64,000 nt of DNA, taken from the NCBI GenBank assembly GCA_017433415.1, contig JAFRHI010000027.1, positions 20,615 through 84,614 on the forward strand, given 5' to 3'. Every line of letters begins with the position of its first letter. Position 1 is the first letter of the stretch. This DNA is from Bacilli bacterium. Lineage in GTDB: Bacteria; Bacillota_I; Bacilli_A; RF39; UBA660. This document shows, piece after piece, positions 27,188-35,851 of the stretch. Below the pieces are notes generated by a model. That model saw only the letters and a program-made list of their open reading frames with translations, was not told the DNA's origin and searched no databases. The translations under genes and the position numbers were made by a program.

Positions 27188-27631
27188 ATAGTAATATATT
27201 TTTTATCACCAACGGTAATCACTCATGATTTTAATGGGACTAAAACTGATAATCAAATAAATATTAATGGTAGTTATGATGTTAATATTTGGTATTCTTA
27301 TGATAATGATACAAAAACAGATGTTGTTAGAGAAACTAATACTTATAATGAAGTAATAAAAATGCATAATCGAGAAGATGTAAGTGGAGAGGAAGTTATT
27401 GTTAGAAGTTTGAGACAACCTAATTGTATAAAAGTAGATATAGATGGTAATAGAATTAATTATGTAGTCGAAAAGGAATTGGGTATAGAATTAGTTGGTG
27501 ATATAAAAGTAAAGATTGAAGCTAATATGGATGAGGATCCATGGGATGAAATTGTTGAAGAAGAAACAGAAAAAAATATAGAAGAAGGCGTTAATTCTGT
27601 TGATGAAAATTTTATTTCTGAGACGTTATAA
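27188..27631 (+). pseudogene. cotE: cotE 3' portion (outer spore coat protein E), split by the ICE; ~35 N-terminal codons missing
   Basis: The translation ...SPTVITHDFNGTKTDNQININGSYDVNIWYSYDNDTKTDVVRETNTYNEVIKM...EVIVRSLRQPNCIKVDIDGNRINYVVEKELGIELVGDIKVKIEAN...acidic tail...ENFI matches B. subtilis CotE from recall. In-frame stop at 27185-27187; no start or SD. Confidence 0.8.
27199..27220 (+). repeat. 22-nt direct repeat, copy 2; lies at the ICE/cotE junction (candidate attR core)
   Basis: In the cotE frame it encodes F-L-S-P-T-V-I, colinear with CotE residues ~35-41. Confidence 0.9.
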
Positions 27632-27660
27632 TTGACAAATTTGACATTTTTTGGTATAAT
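27632..27660 (+). promoter_or_regulatory. consensus sigma-A type promoter TTGACA-17-TATAAT
   Basis: ttgaca 27632-27637, tataat 27655-27660; upstream of ORF 27693. Confidence 0.6.
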
Positions 27661-27692
27661 AACACTCGCTTTAAAAAAAGGGGTGTTATTTT

Positions 27693-28517
27693 ATGTTTAT
27701 GACAAATAATATGGTTGAAGATTTTAATAAAGCAAGTGTTGTAGCAAGTGGTAAAAAGTCAGAAGTAGAATATGATAAGATTTATCATGCTTCAAATGAA
27801 GATTTAAATATGTTATTTAGTAATTTTTCAGTTGAAGGAAAAGATGTATTAACTGTTTGTGGTTCTGGTGATCAAGCATTTTATTCTTGTCTTGGTGCTG
27901 CAAAGGATGTTGATATCTTTGATATTAATAAACTTACGTATTATTATTTTTTACTTCGTAAATGGTTAATTGAGTATTTAGGAGAGTATTATCCACCAAA
28001 GGATATTTCTAAAAATAGAACTTGGCTTAAAAATTTACTTGGACTAGTTCAATGTAAAAATTATGAGGAACAATCTGCATTGCTATTCTGGCATTTGTTT
28101 ATGAAGAGAGCAAGTGAAGATAATAATGCTAATCTATTTTATAATATCTCTAATTATCAGAGAAATAGTATAACAGATGTTCAATCTTTAAGGGAAAGAA
28201 TAGCTGATAAAGATTTTGGGTTTATTAGAGAAGATATTACTGGTGATGTTGAAAAATCTAAAAAATATGATGTTGTTATAGCATCTAATATTTTAGAATA
28301 TTGTCAAAGAAATATTTTAAAACTTATTAGAACTCGTGATAATTTATATTCAATATTAAAACCAGAAGGTATTGTTGTATGTTCTAATTTAATTAGACCA
28401 CAAGACTCTGAATCTGCTACTTGTGAACAAACTTTATTTAGAAGCTTCTTCGATAGATATGATTTTACTGCTGATCAAGATGGTAAATCATGTGGTTATG
28501 TATATCAAAGAAGATAA
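27693..28517 (+). CDS. putative SAM-dependent methyltransferase-fold protein (DUF3419/BtaA-like)
   Basis: 274 aa; Gly-rich loop VLTVCGSGDQAF followed by DIFDIN; later VVIASNILEY; weak recall-based call. Confidence 0.4.
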   Translation: MFMTNNMVEDFNKASVVASGKKSEVEYDKIYHASNEDLNMLFSNFSVEGKDVLTVCGSGDQAFYSCLGAAKDVDIFDINKLTYYYFLLRKWLIEYLGEYYPPKDISKNRTWLKNLLGLVQCKNYEEQSALLFWHLFMKRASEDNNANLFYNISNYQRNSITDVQSLRERIADKDFGFIREDITGDVEKSKKYDVVIASNILEYCQRNILKLIRTRDNLYSILKPEGIVVCSNLIRPQDSESATCEQTLFRSFFDRYDFTADQDGKSCGYVYQRR

Positions 28518-28526
28518 AAAGTATAT

Positions 28527-28565
28527 GATGTCAACAAAAAATAGTTGACATCATTTTATTTTTTT
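28527..28565 (+). terminator. rho-independent terminator
   Basis: gatgtcaac-N8-gttgacatc followed by a T-rich run. Confidence 0.6.
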
Positions 28566-28573
28566 ATTATAAT
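28545..28573 (+). promoter_or_regulatory. promoter TTGACA-17-TATAAT for rpsP
   Basis: ttgaca 28545-28550 (inside the terminator 3' arm), tataat 28568-28573. Confidence 0.55.
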
Positions 28574-28603
28574 ATCTATGTTATTAGAAATGGAGGGAAA
28601 TAA

Positions 28604-28882
28604 ATGGCTGTTAAATTAAGATTAACAAGAATGGGTGCTAAGAAGAAACCTACTTATAGAATTGTTGCTACTGATTCACGTAGTCCTAGAGATGGAGAAT
28701 ATTTAGAATTAATAGGTACTTATGCTCCAGTTGGAGATTGTAAAGTTAATATTAATGAAGAAGTTGCTTTAAAATGGTTAAATAGGGGAGCAATTCCTAC
28801 AGATACTGTTAGAAACTTATTAAGCAAAGAAGGAATCATGAAAAAATTTGCAGATTCTAAAAACGAGAAAAAGGATAAGTAA
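28604..28882 (+). CDS. rpsP: 30S ribosomal protein S16
   Basis: [31 protein letters not shown]... Confidence 0.95.
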   Translation: MAVKLRLTRMGAKKKPTYRIVATDSRSPRDGEYLELIGTYAPVGDCKVNINEEVALKWLNRGAIPTDTVRNLLSKEGIMKKFADSKNEKKDK

Positions 28883-28884
28883 TT

Positions 28885-29133
28885 ATGAATTTAGTAGAAT
28901 TAACTGAAGAGATAGTTAAGTCACTTGTTACTAATCCTGATAGTGTTAGCGTTAAGGAATTTCCTACAGAAGAAGAAAATGTTATGCTTATTCAAGTTAT
29001 GGTTGAAGAATCTGATATTGGTAAAGTAATAGGAAAAGATGGGCGTACTGCTAATGCAATTAGGACTTTAGTACAAGCAAGTAGTGCTTTAAAAGATAAT
29101 AAATATGTAAAAATTGACATTGATAAATTTTAA
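28885..29133 (+). CDS. KH domain RNA-binding protein (YlqC-like)
   Basis: 82 aa; GKVIGKDGRTANAIRTLV KH motif; conserved position after rpsP. Confidence 0.85.
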   Translation: MNLVELTEEIVKSLVTNPDSVSVKEFPTEEENVMLIQVMVEESDIGKVIGKDGRTANAIRTLVQASSALKDNKYVKIDIDKF

Positions 29134-29156
29134 GAAGTATTAACTTCTTTTTTTTT
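29133..29156 (+). terminator. rho-independent terminator
   Basis: agaagt-atta-acttct followed by T8. Confidence 0.6.
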
Positions 29157-29277
29157 GCAACTTTTTACATGTTAGCTTATAACTAAAAAAATTTTTTTCT
29201 AATTGTAATTGGAATATTTGTAGATATAACTTTTAATTTGTGAAACTTTGTTATATAATTTTGTATGAGGTAGATTT

Positions 29278-29988
29278 ATGGATAAAGATATTATTATACC
29301 TAACCATATTGGAATAATTATGGATGGTAATGGTAGATGGGCACAAGAGCGTGGTCAAATTAGAACTATGGGTCATAAGAAGGCAGTTTCTACTCTGAAA
29401 GATTTATGTATTCATATGGCTGATATAGGTGTTAAATATGTTTCTTTATATGCTTTTTCTACAGAGAATTTTAAAAGAGACATTAAAGAAGTGGACTTTT
29501 TAATGAAGTTGTTTATAAATACTTTTAATAAGGAATTTGATTTTATTAAAAAACGTCATGTTAAAGTTATCTTTTCAGGTCGTAGAGATCCTTTGCCTGA
29601 AGGGGTTTTGAAAGCAATGGATGCCTTAGTAGATGAGACTAAAAATAATGATAAATTAGTTCTTAATATTTGTCTTAATTATGGTAGTCATGCTGAGATA
29701 GTAGATATGACAAAAAAAGTATGTTCTTTGTATAAATCGGGTAAAATAGATTTGAATGATATAGATGAAGAATTTATTCAAAGAAATTTGTATAATGATT
29801 TGCCACCACTTGATTTTGTAATTCGTACTAGTGGTGAATATCGTTTAAGTAATTTTATGATGTATCAAGCAAGTTATGCTGAGTTCTATTTTCCAAAAAT
29901 TTATTTTCCAGATTTTACAGTGGAAGAGTTTGATAAAGCTATTTTGGAATTTAATAAAAGAAATAGAAGATTTGGAGGAGTAAAATGA
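29278..29988 (+). CDS. uppS: undecaprenyl diphosphate synthase (isoprenyl transferase)
   Basis: IIMDGNGRWA, ...LYAFSTENFKR..., RTSGEYRLSNF. Confidence 0.95.
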   Translation: MDKDIIIPNHIGIIMDGNGRWAQERGQIRTMGHKKAVSTLKDLCIHMADIGVKYVSLYAFSTENFKRDIKEVDFLMKLFINTFNKEFDFIKKRHVKVIFSGRRDPLPEGVLKAMDALVDETKNNDKLVLNICLNYGSHAEIVDMTKKVCSLYKSGKIDLNDIDEEFIQRNLYNDLPPLDFVIRTSGEYRLSNFMMYQASYAEFYFPKIYFPDFTVEEFDKAILEFNKRNRRFGGVK

Positions 29989-30788
29989 AAACTAGAGTAA
30001 TTAGTGCAATTATTATAATAGCTATATTTGTACCATTTTTGTTGATTGGTGGTATTCCTTTTGCGGCATTTATGTCTTGTATGAGTGTTTGTGGCCTTTA
30101 TGAGTTGTTTAAAGTTAGAGAGGTGCAAAAACCGTTTCCAACATTTCTTAAGCTAATAGCTTATATAATGGTTGTTCTTTTCTGTCTGAATAATTTTACT
30201 TCCTTGGAATTTAAAACTAGCTTTGAGTATAAGACTATGGCATTTATAATATTTATATTTTTATCACCTATGGTATTTATTAATGATTTAAAAAGATATA
30301 GATTTAATGATGCATTATTTTTAATTGGTTCAGTATTGTTTATTGGACTTAGTTTTAATTTGATTATTATTACACGTAATTTTGATCTTAGTTATGTCAT
30401 ATATTTATTATTGATAACAGTTATTAGTGATACTTTTGCTCTTGTTACAGGAATGCTAATTGGTAAAAATAAATTGTGTCCGAAGATTAGTCCAAATAAG
30501 ACAGTAGAAGGTCTTATTGGTGGATTGGCTATGGGAACTTTTGTATCTACGGCGTTTTATATTACAGTTATTAATTCGCAAATATCATTGGTTTTAATTG
30601 CATTTATTTCATTAATATTATGTTTAGTTGCAGAGCTTGGTGATCTTGTGTTCTCTGCTATAAAGAGAGATTATGCAATTAAAGATTTTTCAAAGTTAAT
30701 TCCTGGACATGGAGGGATACTTGATAGATTTGATAGTTTGATTTTTGTTACTTTAGCATTTATTGTAATAATGCAAGTGCTTTTATAG
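29985..30788 (+). CDS. cdsA: phosphatidate cytidylyltransferase
   Basis: Polytopic; C-terminal signature KRDYAIKDFSKLIPGHGGILDRFDS. Confidence 0.9.
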   Translation: MKTRVISAIIIIAIFVPFLLIGGIPFAAFMSCMSVCGLYELFKVREVQKPFPTFLKLIAYIMVVLFCLNNFTSLEFKTSFEYKTMAFIIFIFLSPMVFINDLKRYRFNDALFLIGSVLFIGLSFNLIIITRNFDLSYVIYLLLITVISDTFALVTGMLIGKNKLCPKISPNKTVEGLIGGLAMGTFVSTAFYITVINSQISLVLIAFISLILCLVAELGDLVFSAIKRDYAIKDFSKLIPGHGGILDRFDSLIFVTLAFIVIMQVLL

Positions 30789-30797
30789 GAGGATAAA

Positions 30798-31847
30798 ATG
30801 AGTGTTATTGTAAATTTATTGATATTTGTTCTTGTTCTTGGTGTAATAGTTTTTATTCATGAATTAGGACATTTTACCTGGGCAAAATTGACAGGTGTAT
30901 ATGTTTATGAATTTGCACTTGGAATGGGACCTAAATTATTTAGCAAAAAAGGGAAAGAAACTGAGTATACTATCAGGGCTATTCCAATTGGTGGTTTTTG
31001 TCAAATGGCTGGTGAAGATCTTGATGATGATGACTTGAAGAAAATACCAAAGAAGAAAAGATTACAAAATAAAACAGCTTGGCAAAGATTTTTAATAATG
31101 GTATTTGGTCCAGTTAATAACTTTTTATTAGCAATTGTTTTACTTTTCTTTATTGCTTTGATCTGGGGTGGTTCTACAATGAGCCCTACAATTACAGCAT
31201 TAAGTGATGGTAGTGCTGCTGAAAAAGCAGGATTACTTGCTGGAGATAAGATAGTACAAATAAATAGACACAAGATTTCTACTAGTGATGATATTTCACT
31301 TTATTTAGCAATAGCTGATCCTAAAGTGAAAAATGATATATTAATTCTACGTGATAATAAAGAAATTTTATATCAAATAAAACCAGATAAGATTGGTAGT
31401 GGTGATAAAGCTACTTATAGATATGGTATAGAAATTAAACAGGAAAAGACTAGAGGATTGTTAGCAGCCTGTGCTTATACGTATAAGAAGACTAAATCAA
31501 TTTTTAAACAGATGTTTATTACAGTAGGTTATTTGTTTTCAGGAGGAATTAAAGTTACACAATTATCTGGACCAGTAGGAATATATTCAATAGTAGGGGA
31601 ACAGAGTAAGGGTGGATTAGCAAATATTTTATATTTGACAGCATTCTTAAGTATTAATGTTGGATTTATTAATTTATTACCAATTCCTGCTTTTGATGGA
31701 GGTCATATTTTATTTATAGTAATTGAAAAAATAAAGGGTTCTCCAGTAAATCCAGAACTAGAAAATAAGATTCATATGATATTTTTAATACTCTTAATGC
31801 TTTTAATGGTTGTTATTACATTTAACGATATTTTACGTTTATTCTAA
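30798..31847 (+). CDS. rseP: RIP metalloprotease RseP/RasP (site-2 protease)
   Basis: HELGH at the N-terminus, central PDZ-like segment, NLLPIPAFDGGH. Confidence 0.9.
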   Translation: MSVIVNLLIFVLVLGVIVFIHELGHFTWAKLTGVYVYEFALGMGPKLFSKKGKETEYTIRAIPIGGFCQMAGEDLDDDDLKKIPKKKRLQNKTAWQRFLIMVFGPVNNFLLAIVLLFFIALIWGGSTMSPTITALSDGSAAEKAGLLAGDKIVQINRHKISTSDDISLYLAIADPKVKNDILILRDNKEILYQIKPDKIGSGDKATYRYGIEIKQEKTRGLLAACAYTYKKTKSIFKQMFITVGYLFSGGIKVTQLSGPVGIYSIVGEQSKGGLANILYLTAFLSINVGFINLLPIPAFDGGHILFIVIEKIKGSPVNPELENKIHMIFLILLMLLMVVITFNDILRLF

Positions 31848-31876
31848 AGAAAAAGTTTTTCTTTTTCTTTTTTTTG
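31847..31876 (+). terminator. rho-independent terminator
   Basis: aagaaaaag-ttttt-ctttttctt followed by a T-run. Confidence 0.6.
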
Positions 31877-31916
31877 TTATACTATAATATTAGAAGATAG
31901 AAAAAGAGGAATGTTT

Positions 31917-32192
31917 ATGGATTTAATATATATAATTTTAATATCTATAGCAGTTGTTTCATTTATAACAGGATCTATTATTAGAGCTGTTCAAAAGAAA
32001 TATGGTATTGTTGAAGCTGTTAATGGGTTGGAAAATAGTGGTAATCCAGAATTAAGTAATTTAGAAAAAACGCTTAATCCAGAGAATACATTAAGTGTTA
32101 ATATTGATAGTAATAATAAGGCTGTTACTTTTGATGAGCCAGTTATAGTGAGTAGTGTTGTTTTAGACTCTTATGATGATGAAATATTGTAA
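31917..32192 (+). CDS. small membrane-anchored hypothetical protein
   Basis: N-terminal TM. ATG 31917 has better SD spacing than the track start 31911. Confidence 0.45.
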   Translation: MDLIYIILISIAVVSFITGSIIRAVQKKYGIVEAVNGLENSGNPELSNLEKTLNPENTLSVNIDSNNKAVTFDEPVIVSSVVLDSYDDEIL

Positions 32193-32236
32193 AATATTTC
32201 TTTTTTTTTGTATAATAATAGTGATGAGGTGATAAT

Positions 32237-34411
32237 TTGATAGCTGGAGTTTTGGTTGAAATATCTAATAAAAATGTTGATAGAATATTTGAATATATAG
32301 TACCTCAAAAATTTATTGAAAATATCAAAATAGGTATTAGAGTCTTGGTACCATTTGGAAATATGGTTTTAGAGGGATTTGTACTTACAATTAGCAATAA
32401 TAAAACAACTGACAAAGAGCTAAGAGAAATAATGGATGTAGTTGATTCAGAAGTTGTTTTAAATAAGGAATTATTAGAATTGGGTAAGGTAATGCAGAAA
32501 GAAACTCTTTCTACATTGATTAGTTGCTATCAAGTTATGTTACCTAAAGCCTTAAAAGCTAAGAATGGTTCTTCTGTAAGTATAAAATATGATTATTTTT
32601 ATACCTTTAATAATAAGAAAGATAATTTAAAAAGAGTTGGTGCTAAGCAACAAGAAATAATTGATTTAGTGAGGAAAAAAGGTACTGTCTCTCGTCAAGA
32701 ATTAACTGACATATCTTTAGCTAGTTTGAAACGATTAATAGAACTTGATGTTTTAATTGAGAGTAAGAAGGAGCATTATAGACTTGATTATGATGACGTT
32801 GAATATGAAAAGAAGGATTTAACATTTGAGCAACAAAATGTAGTTAATCAAGTAATAAATAATTTTTGTAATACTTTTTTACTATATGGTGTAACTGGTT
32901 CTGGTAAAACAGAAGTTTATATGGAAATAATAGATTATTATTTAAAACTTGGTAAAACAAGTATTGTACTTGTTCCAGAAATAAGTTTAACTCCTCAAAT
33001 GATAAATCGTTTTCAAAGAAGATTTGGGAAGAGAATAGCTGCTATTCATTCGGGATTGAGTGTAAGTGAAAAGTATGATGAGTGGCGAAGAATTTGTAAA
33101 GCAGAAGCAGAAATTGTAATTGGAGCTCGCAGTGCTATTTTTGCACCTCTTAAAAATATTGGGATAATTATTATTGATGAAGAACATAGTGATTCGTATA
33201 AGCAAAGTGATCCTAATCCAAGATATAATGCTAAAGATATTGCGCTTATTAGAGCAAAGTATCATGGTGCATCTGTTTTAATGGGTAGTGCAACTCCTTC
33301 TTTAGAGTCAATGGCTAGAGCAAAAAAAGGAGTTTATAAACTGTTAGAATTATCACATCGTGTTAATGGCAAAGCATTACCTGATGTTAATATTGTTGAT
33401 ATGAATAAGGCAATGAAAAGGAGTAAGGGTCATTTTTCGGAGGAGCTCTTAGATAGTATCAGTGATTGTTTGAATAAAAAGGAACAAATAATTTTGCTTT
33501 TAAATAGACGTGGATATGCTTCTTTTGTTTCTTGCAAAAATTGTGGATATACTTTTAAATGTCCTAATTGTGATATTACATTAACTTATCATAAGAGTAG
33601 TAATACTTTAAGGTGTCATTATTGTGGATATGGTGATCGTAATCCTGTTATGTGTCCTAGTTGTAAAGAAGCAAGTTTAAATAGTTTGGGTTTAGGAACA
33701 GAAAAAGTAGAGGAAGAATTAAAAAGTATTTATCCACATGCCAAAATACTTAGAATGGATTATGATACTACTAGTAGAAAAGGTATGCATAAAAAAATAA
33801 TTGAGCAATTTCGTATGGGTGAATATGATATTTTGCTTGGGACTCGGATGGTTGCGAAAGGACTTGATTTTGACAATGTTACTTTAGTTGGAGTAATAAA
33901 TGCGGATACATCACTTAATATTCCGGATTTTAGAAGTAGTGAAAATACTTTTTCTTTACTTAGTCAAGTTGCGGGTAGGAGTGGTAGAAATAGTAAAGAA
34001 GGTCATGTTGTTATTCAAACGTTTAATCCGGATCATTATGCAATAAAATTAGCTAGTAAGCATGATTATTTATCTTTTTATAATGAAGAGATGGCAATAA
34101 GGAAGAAACTTAGTTATCCACCATATTATTATTTATGTTCTCTAAGAATAAGTGGGAAAGATTCTAGTTATATTTATAATGAAGCGTTAAAGATTAAGCG
34201 TAGTCTTATGAGAAATCTAAAGACAGTAAGTGTTTTAGGACCTAGTAGTGCGACTATTTTTAAGCTTAATAATATTTATAGGTATAATATAATTTTGAAG
34301 TATAAAAATATTCAAGAAATATATAATCTATTAGTTAAAATAGTTGATCATTATAAGGTAGATAATAAAATAAAAATAGATATTGATTTTAATCCTAGTC
34401 AAATGGTGTAA
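32237..34411 (+). CDS. priA: primosomal protein N' (replication restart helicase PriA)
   Basis: Walker A GVTGSGKTEVY; IIIDEEHSDSYKQ; Cys-rich zinc fingers CKNCGY..CPNC..CHYCGY..CPSC; TTG start. Confidence 0.95.
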   Translation: MIAGVLVEISNKNVDRIFEYIVPQKFIENIKIGIRVLVPFGNMVLEGFVLTISNNKTTDKELREIMDVVDSEVVLNKELLELGKVMQKETLSTLISCYQVMLPKALKAKNGSSVSIKYDYFYTFNNKKDNLKRVGAKQQEIIDLVRKKGTVSRQELTDISLASLKRLIELDVLIESKKEHYRLDYDDVEYEKKDLTFEQQNVVNQVINNFCNTFLLYGVTGSGKTEVYMEIIDYYLKLGKTSIVLVPEISLTPQMINRFQRRFGKRIAAIHSGLSVSEKYDEWRRICKAEAEIVIGARSAIFAPLKNIGIIIIDEEHSDSYKQSDPNPRYNAKDIALIRAKYHGASVLMGSATPSLESMARAKKGVYKLLELSHRVNGKALPDVNIVDMNKAMKRSKGHFSEELLDSISDCLNKKEQIILLLNRRGYASFVSCKNCGYTFKCPNCDITLTYHKSSNTLRCHYCGYGDRNPVMCPSCKEASLNSLGLGTEKVEEELKSIYPHAKILRMDYDTTSRKGMHKKIIEQFRMGEYDILLGTRMVAKGLDFDNVTLVGVINADTSLNIPDFRSSENTFSLLSQVAGRSGRNSKEGHVVIQTFNPDHYAIKLASKHDYLSFYNEEMAIRKKLSYPPYYYLCSLRISGKDSSYIYNEALKIKRSLMRNLKTVSVLGPSSATIFKLNNIYRYNIILKYKNIQEIYNLLVKIVDHYKVDNKIKIDIDFNPSQMV

Positions 34412-34448
34412 AATATGATATTCTTATAGTTAGAATAGAGGTGTTTGT

Positions 34449-34652
34449 ATGGATAATAAGAACAATCAAGAATTAGAAGTTAATAAAAAAAATAGAGAAG
34501 ATTATGAAAATCTTATGGAAAAATCTTCTACACAATTAGATGGTTATTGGGATAAGAATAATGCTTTTGTTAAATTGCTTCTTTTAGTTCTTGGAGCAAT
34601 TATAGTACTTGGCGTTATTTATTATGCTGGGGTATATTTTGGTAATAAATAG
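34449..34652 (+). CDS. small membrane protein
   Basis: 67 aa; C-terminal TM. Confidence 0.45.
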   Translation: MDNKNNQELEVNKKNREDYENLMEKSSTQLDGYWDKNNAFVKLLLLVLGAIIVLGVIYYAGVYFGNK

Positions 34653-34680
34653 ATAATCTAAAGAATAGGAGGTGTCAGTG

Positions 34681-35847
34681 ATGTTAGATGATATATTAGA
34701 AAATAGTAGTGTTGTTAATTTAATTAAAGAGATTAAGTCTAATGACCGATATTTTAATAAAAATCGCGATAAATTTGTTATACCTGATTTATATGTATCT
34801 AATGAATTGGCACTTTATGTTTTGTATGATGCTTTATTAAAATATAAAATAATATTAGATGATATTTATTTGTTTGATGAGTTTTTAGAGCAAATAGAAA
34901 AGCTTTATAAAAAAATAGATAATATTGAAGATATAGCTGTTGGAATAAATAAACTAATATGTAGGATGGTTTCAATAAAATTAGATTTGAAGGATGTTAA
35001 TAGTCCTGAATCAAAAGTAAAAATTGTTGAATATGTATATGATAAATATGTTGTTTCAGGATATTATGTACACGGATTTAATTATAGTTATGTTGATAGC
35101 ATAAAAAAAGATGGCTATGTACCAGAAGTTTATGAAAACTATTATTCAAGATTTTTAAAAGTTAATGAAATATTTAAGAGACATAATAAGAAGTATTCTT
35201 TAGATAAGGATTTTTCTAATAGTAGTAGTTTCTTTACAGATGATTTTGTAATGGGGTGCTATTACTCAGCATATGCACCATTATTTTTTAGTAAGTTTTT
35301 ACTTGGGAATGATTTGTTTAAAGCAAGTCATAAAGATGCTTATTTGATAGATGATTATGATTTGTTAGTTGGACCATTGAAAAGGTTTTTGAATGATTCG
35401 TTTGATAGTAAAGAAAGTAAATATATCTTGGAACTTGTTAAAGATGAATGGGATTTGTTGCATAGAAAAGATAAAAAGATTAGTTTGTTATTGGTGAAGA
35501 GAGATATTATTGATAATGAGGTAATAGATATTAATGAGTATTTAAATGATTCCGATGATGTTTATACTGTTATTGATCGATTACTTAGTTCTAAGTATAA
35601 TAAAATTCCTTGTGCTAATGCAATTAAAGCAGAAGATATGGAAATTGTTGTTTTTGATTGCTACTACGATAATAGTAAAAGAAAACGTGAGGAAGCAGTG
35701 GAAGAAGAATTAACTAAGTATCGAAGAAGAGAAGCAAATAATGAATTTTTAGATAAATATGGAACAGCATCAATATTTATGTTGCTGGGATCATTGTTAA
35801 TTAGTTTGGGGGTTATTATTAGTATATTTATGCTTTTTAGGGGGTAA
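34681..35847 (+). CDS. hypothetical protein with C-terminal TM anchor
   Basis: The track ORF starts at GTG 34672, inside the SD; ATG 34681 is 8 nt after aggagg. No motif recognised. Confidence 0.55.
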   Translation: MLDDILENSSVVNLIKEIKSNDRYFNKNRDKFVIPDLYVSNELALYVLYDALLKYKIILDDIYLFDEFLEQIEKLYKKIDNIEDIAVGINKLICRMVSIKLDLKDVNSPESKVKIVEYVYDKYVVSGYYVHGFNYSYVDSIKKDGYVPEVYENYYSRFLKVNEIFKRHNKKYSLDKDFSNSSSFFTDDFVMGCYYSAYAPLFFSKFLLGNDLFKASHKDAYLIDDYDLLVGPLKRFLNDSFDSKESKYILELVKDEWDLLHRKDKKISLLLVKRDIIDNEVIDINEYLNDSDDVYTVIDRLLSSKYNKIPCANAIKAEDMEIVVFDCYYDNSKRKREEAVEEELTKYRRREANNEFLDKYGTASIFMLLGSLLISLGVIISIFMLFRG

Positions 35848-35851
35848 TAAA

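Larger units (their letters stand above)
1..27220 (+). mobile_element. Integrative conjugative element (ICE), right-hand >=27 kb; left end is upstream of the window
   Basis: Uninterrupted + strand array: coupling protein, VirB4 ATPase, CHAP hydrolase, ssb, ardC, MobC-like + relaxase, and a large serine recombinase as last gene. No capsid/terminase/portal-like ORFs. Abuts a truncated chromosomal gene (cotE) at ~27.2 kb. Confidence 0.8.

Noticed and set aside
1-27220. Prophage interpretation of the inserted element (by analogy with skin/SPbeta)
   Set aside because: No terminase, portal, capsid, tail or lysis-like ORFs are present. Instead there is a full T4SS set, a relaxase and an oriT-like region, so ICE is the better call.
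27139-27220. Regularly spaced 22-nt repeat as a mini CRISPR array
   Set aside because: There are only two copies and no cas genes. The repeat is continuous with the cotE coding sequence and sits at the element junction, so it is att-related.
27206-27418. 70-aa minus-strand ORF
   Set aside because: It is antisense to the cotE-homologous frame, is low-complexity (Ile/Asn/Phe-rich), and has no SD.
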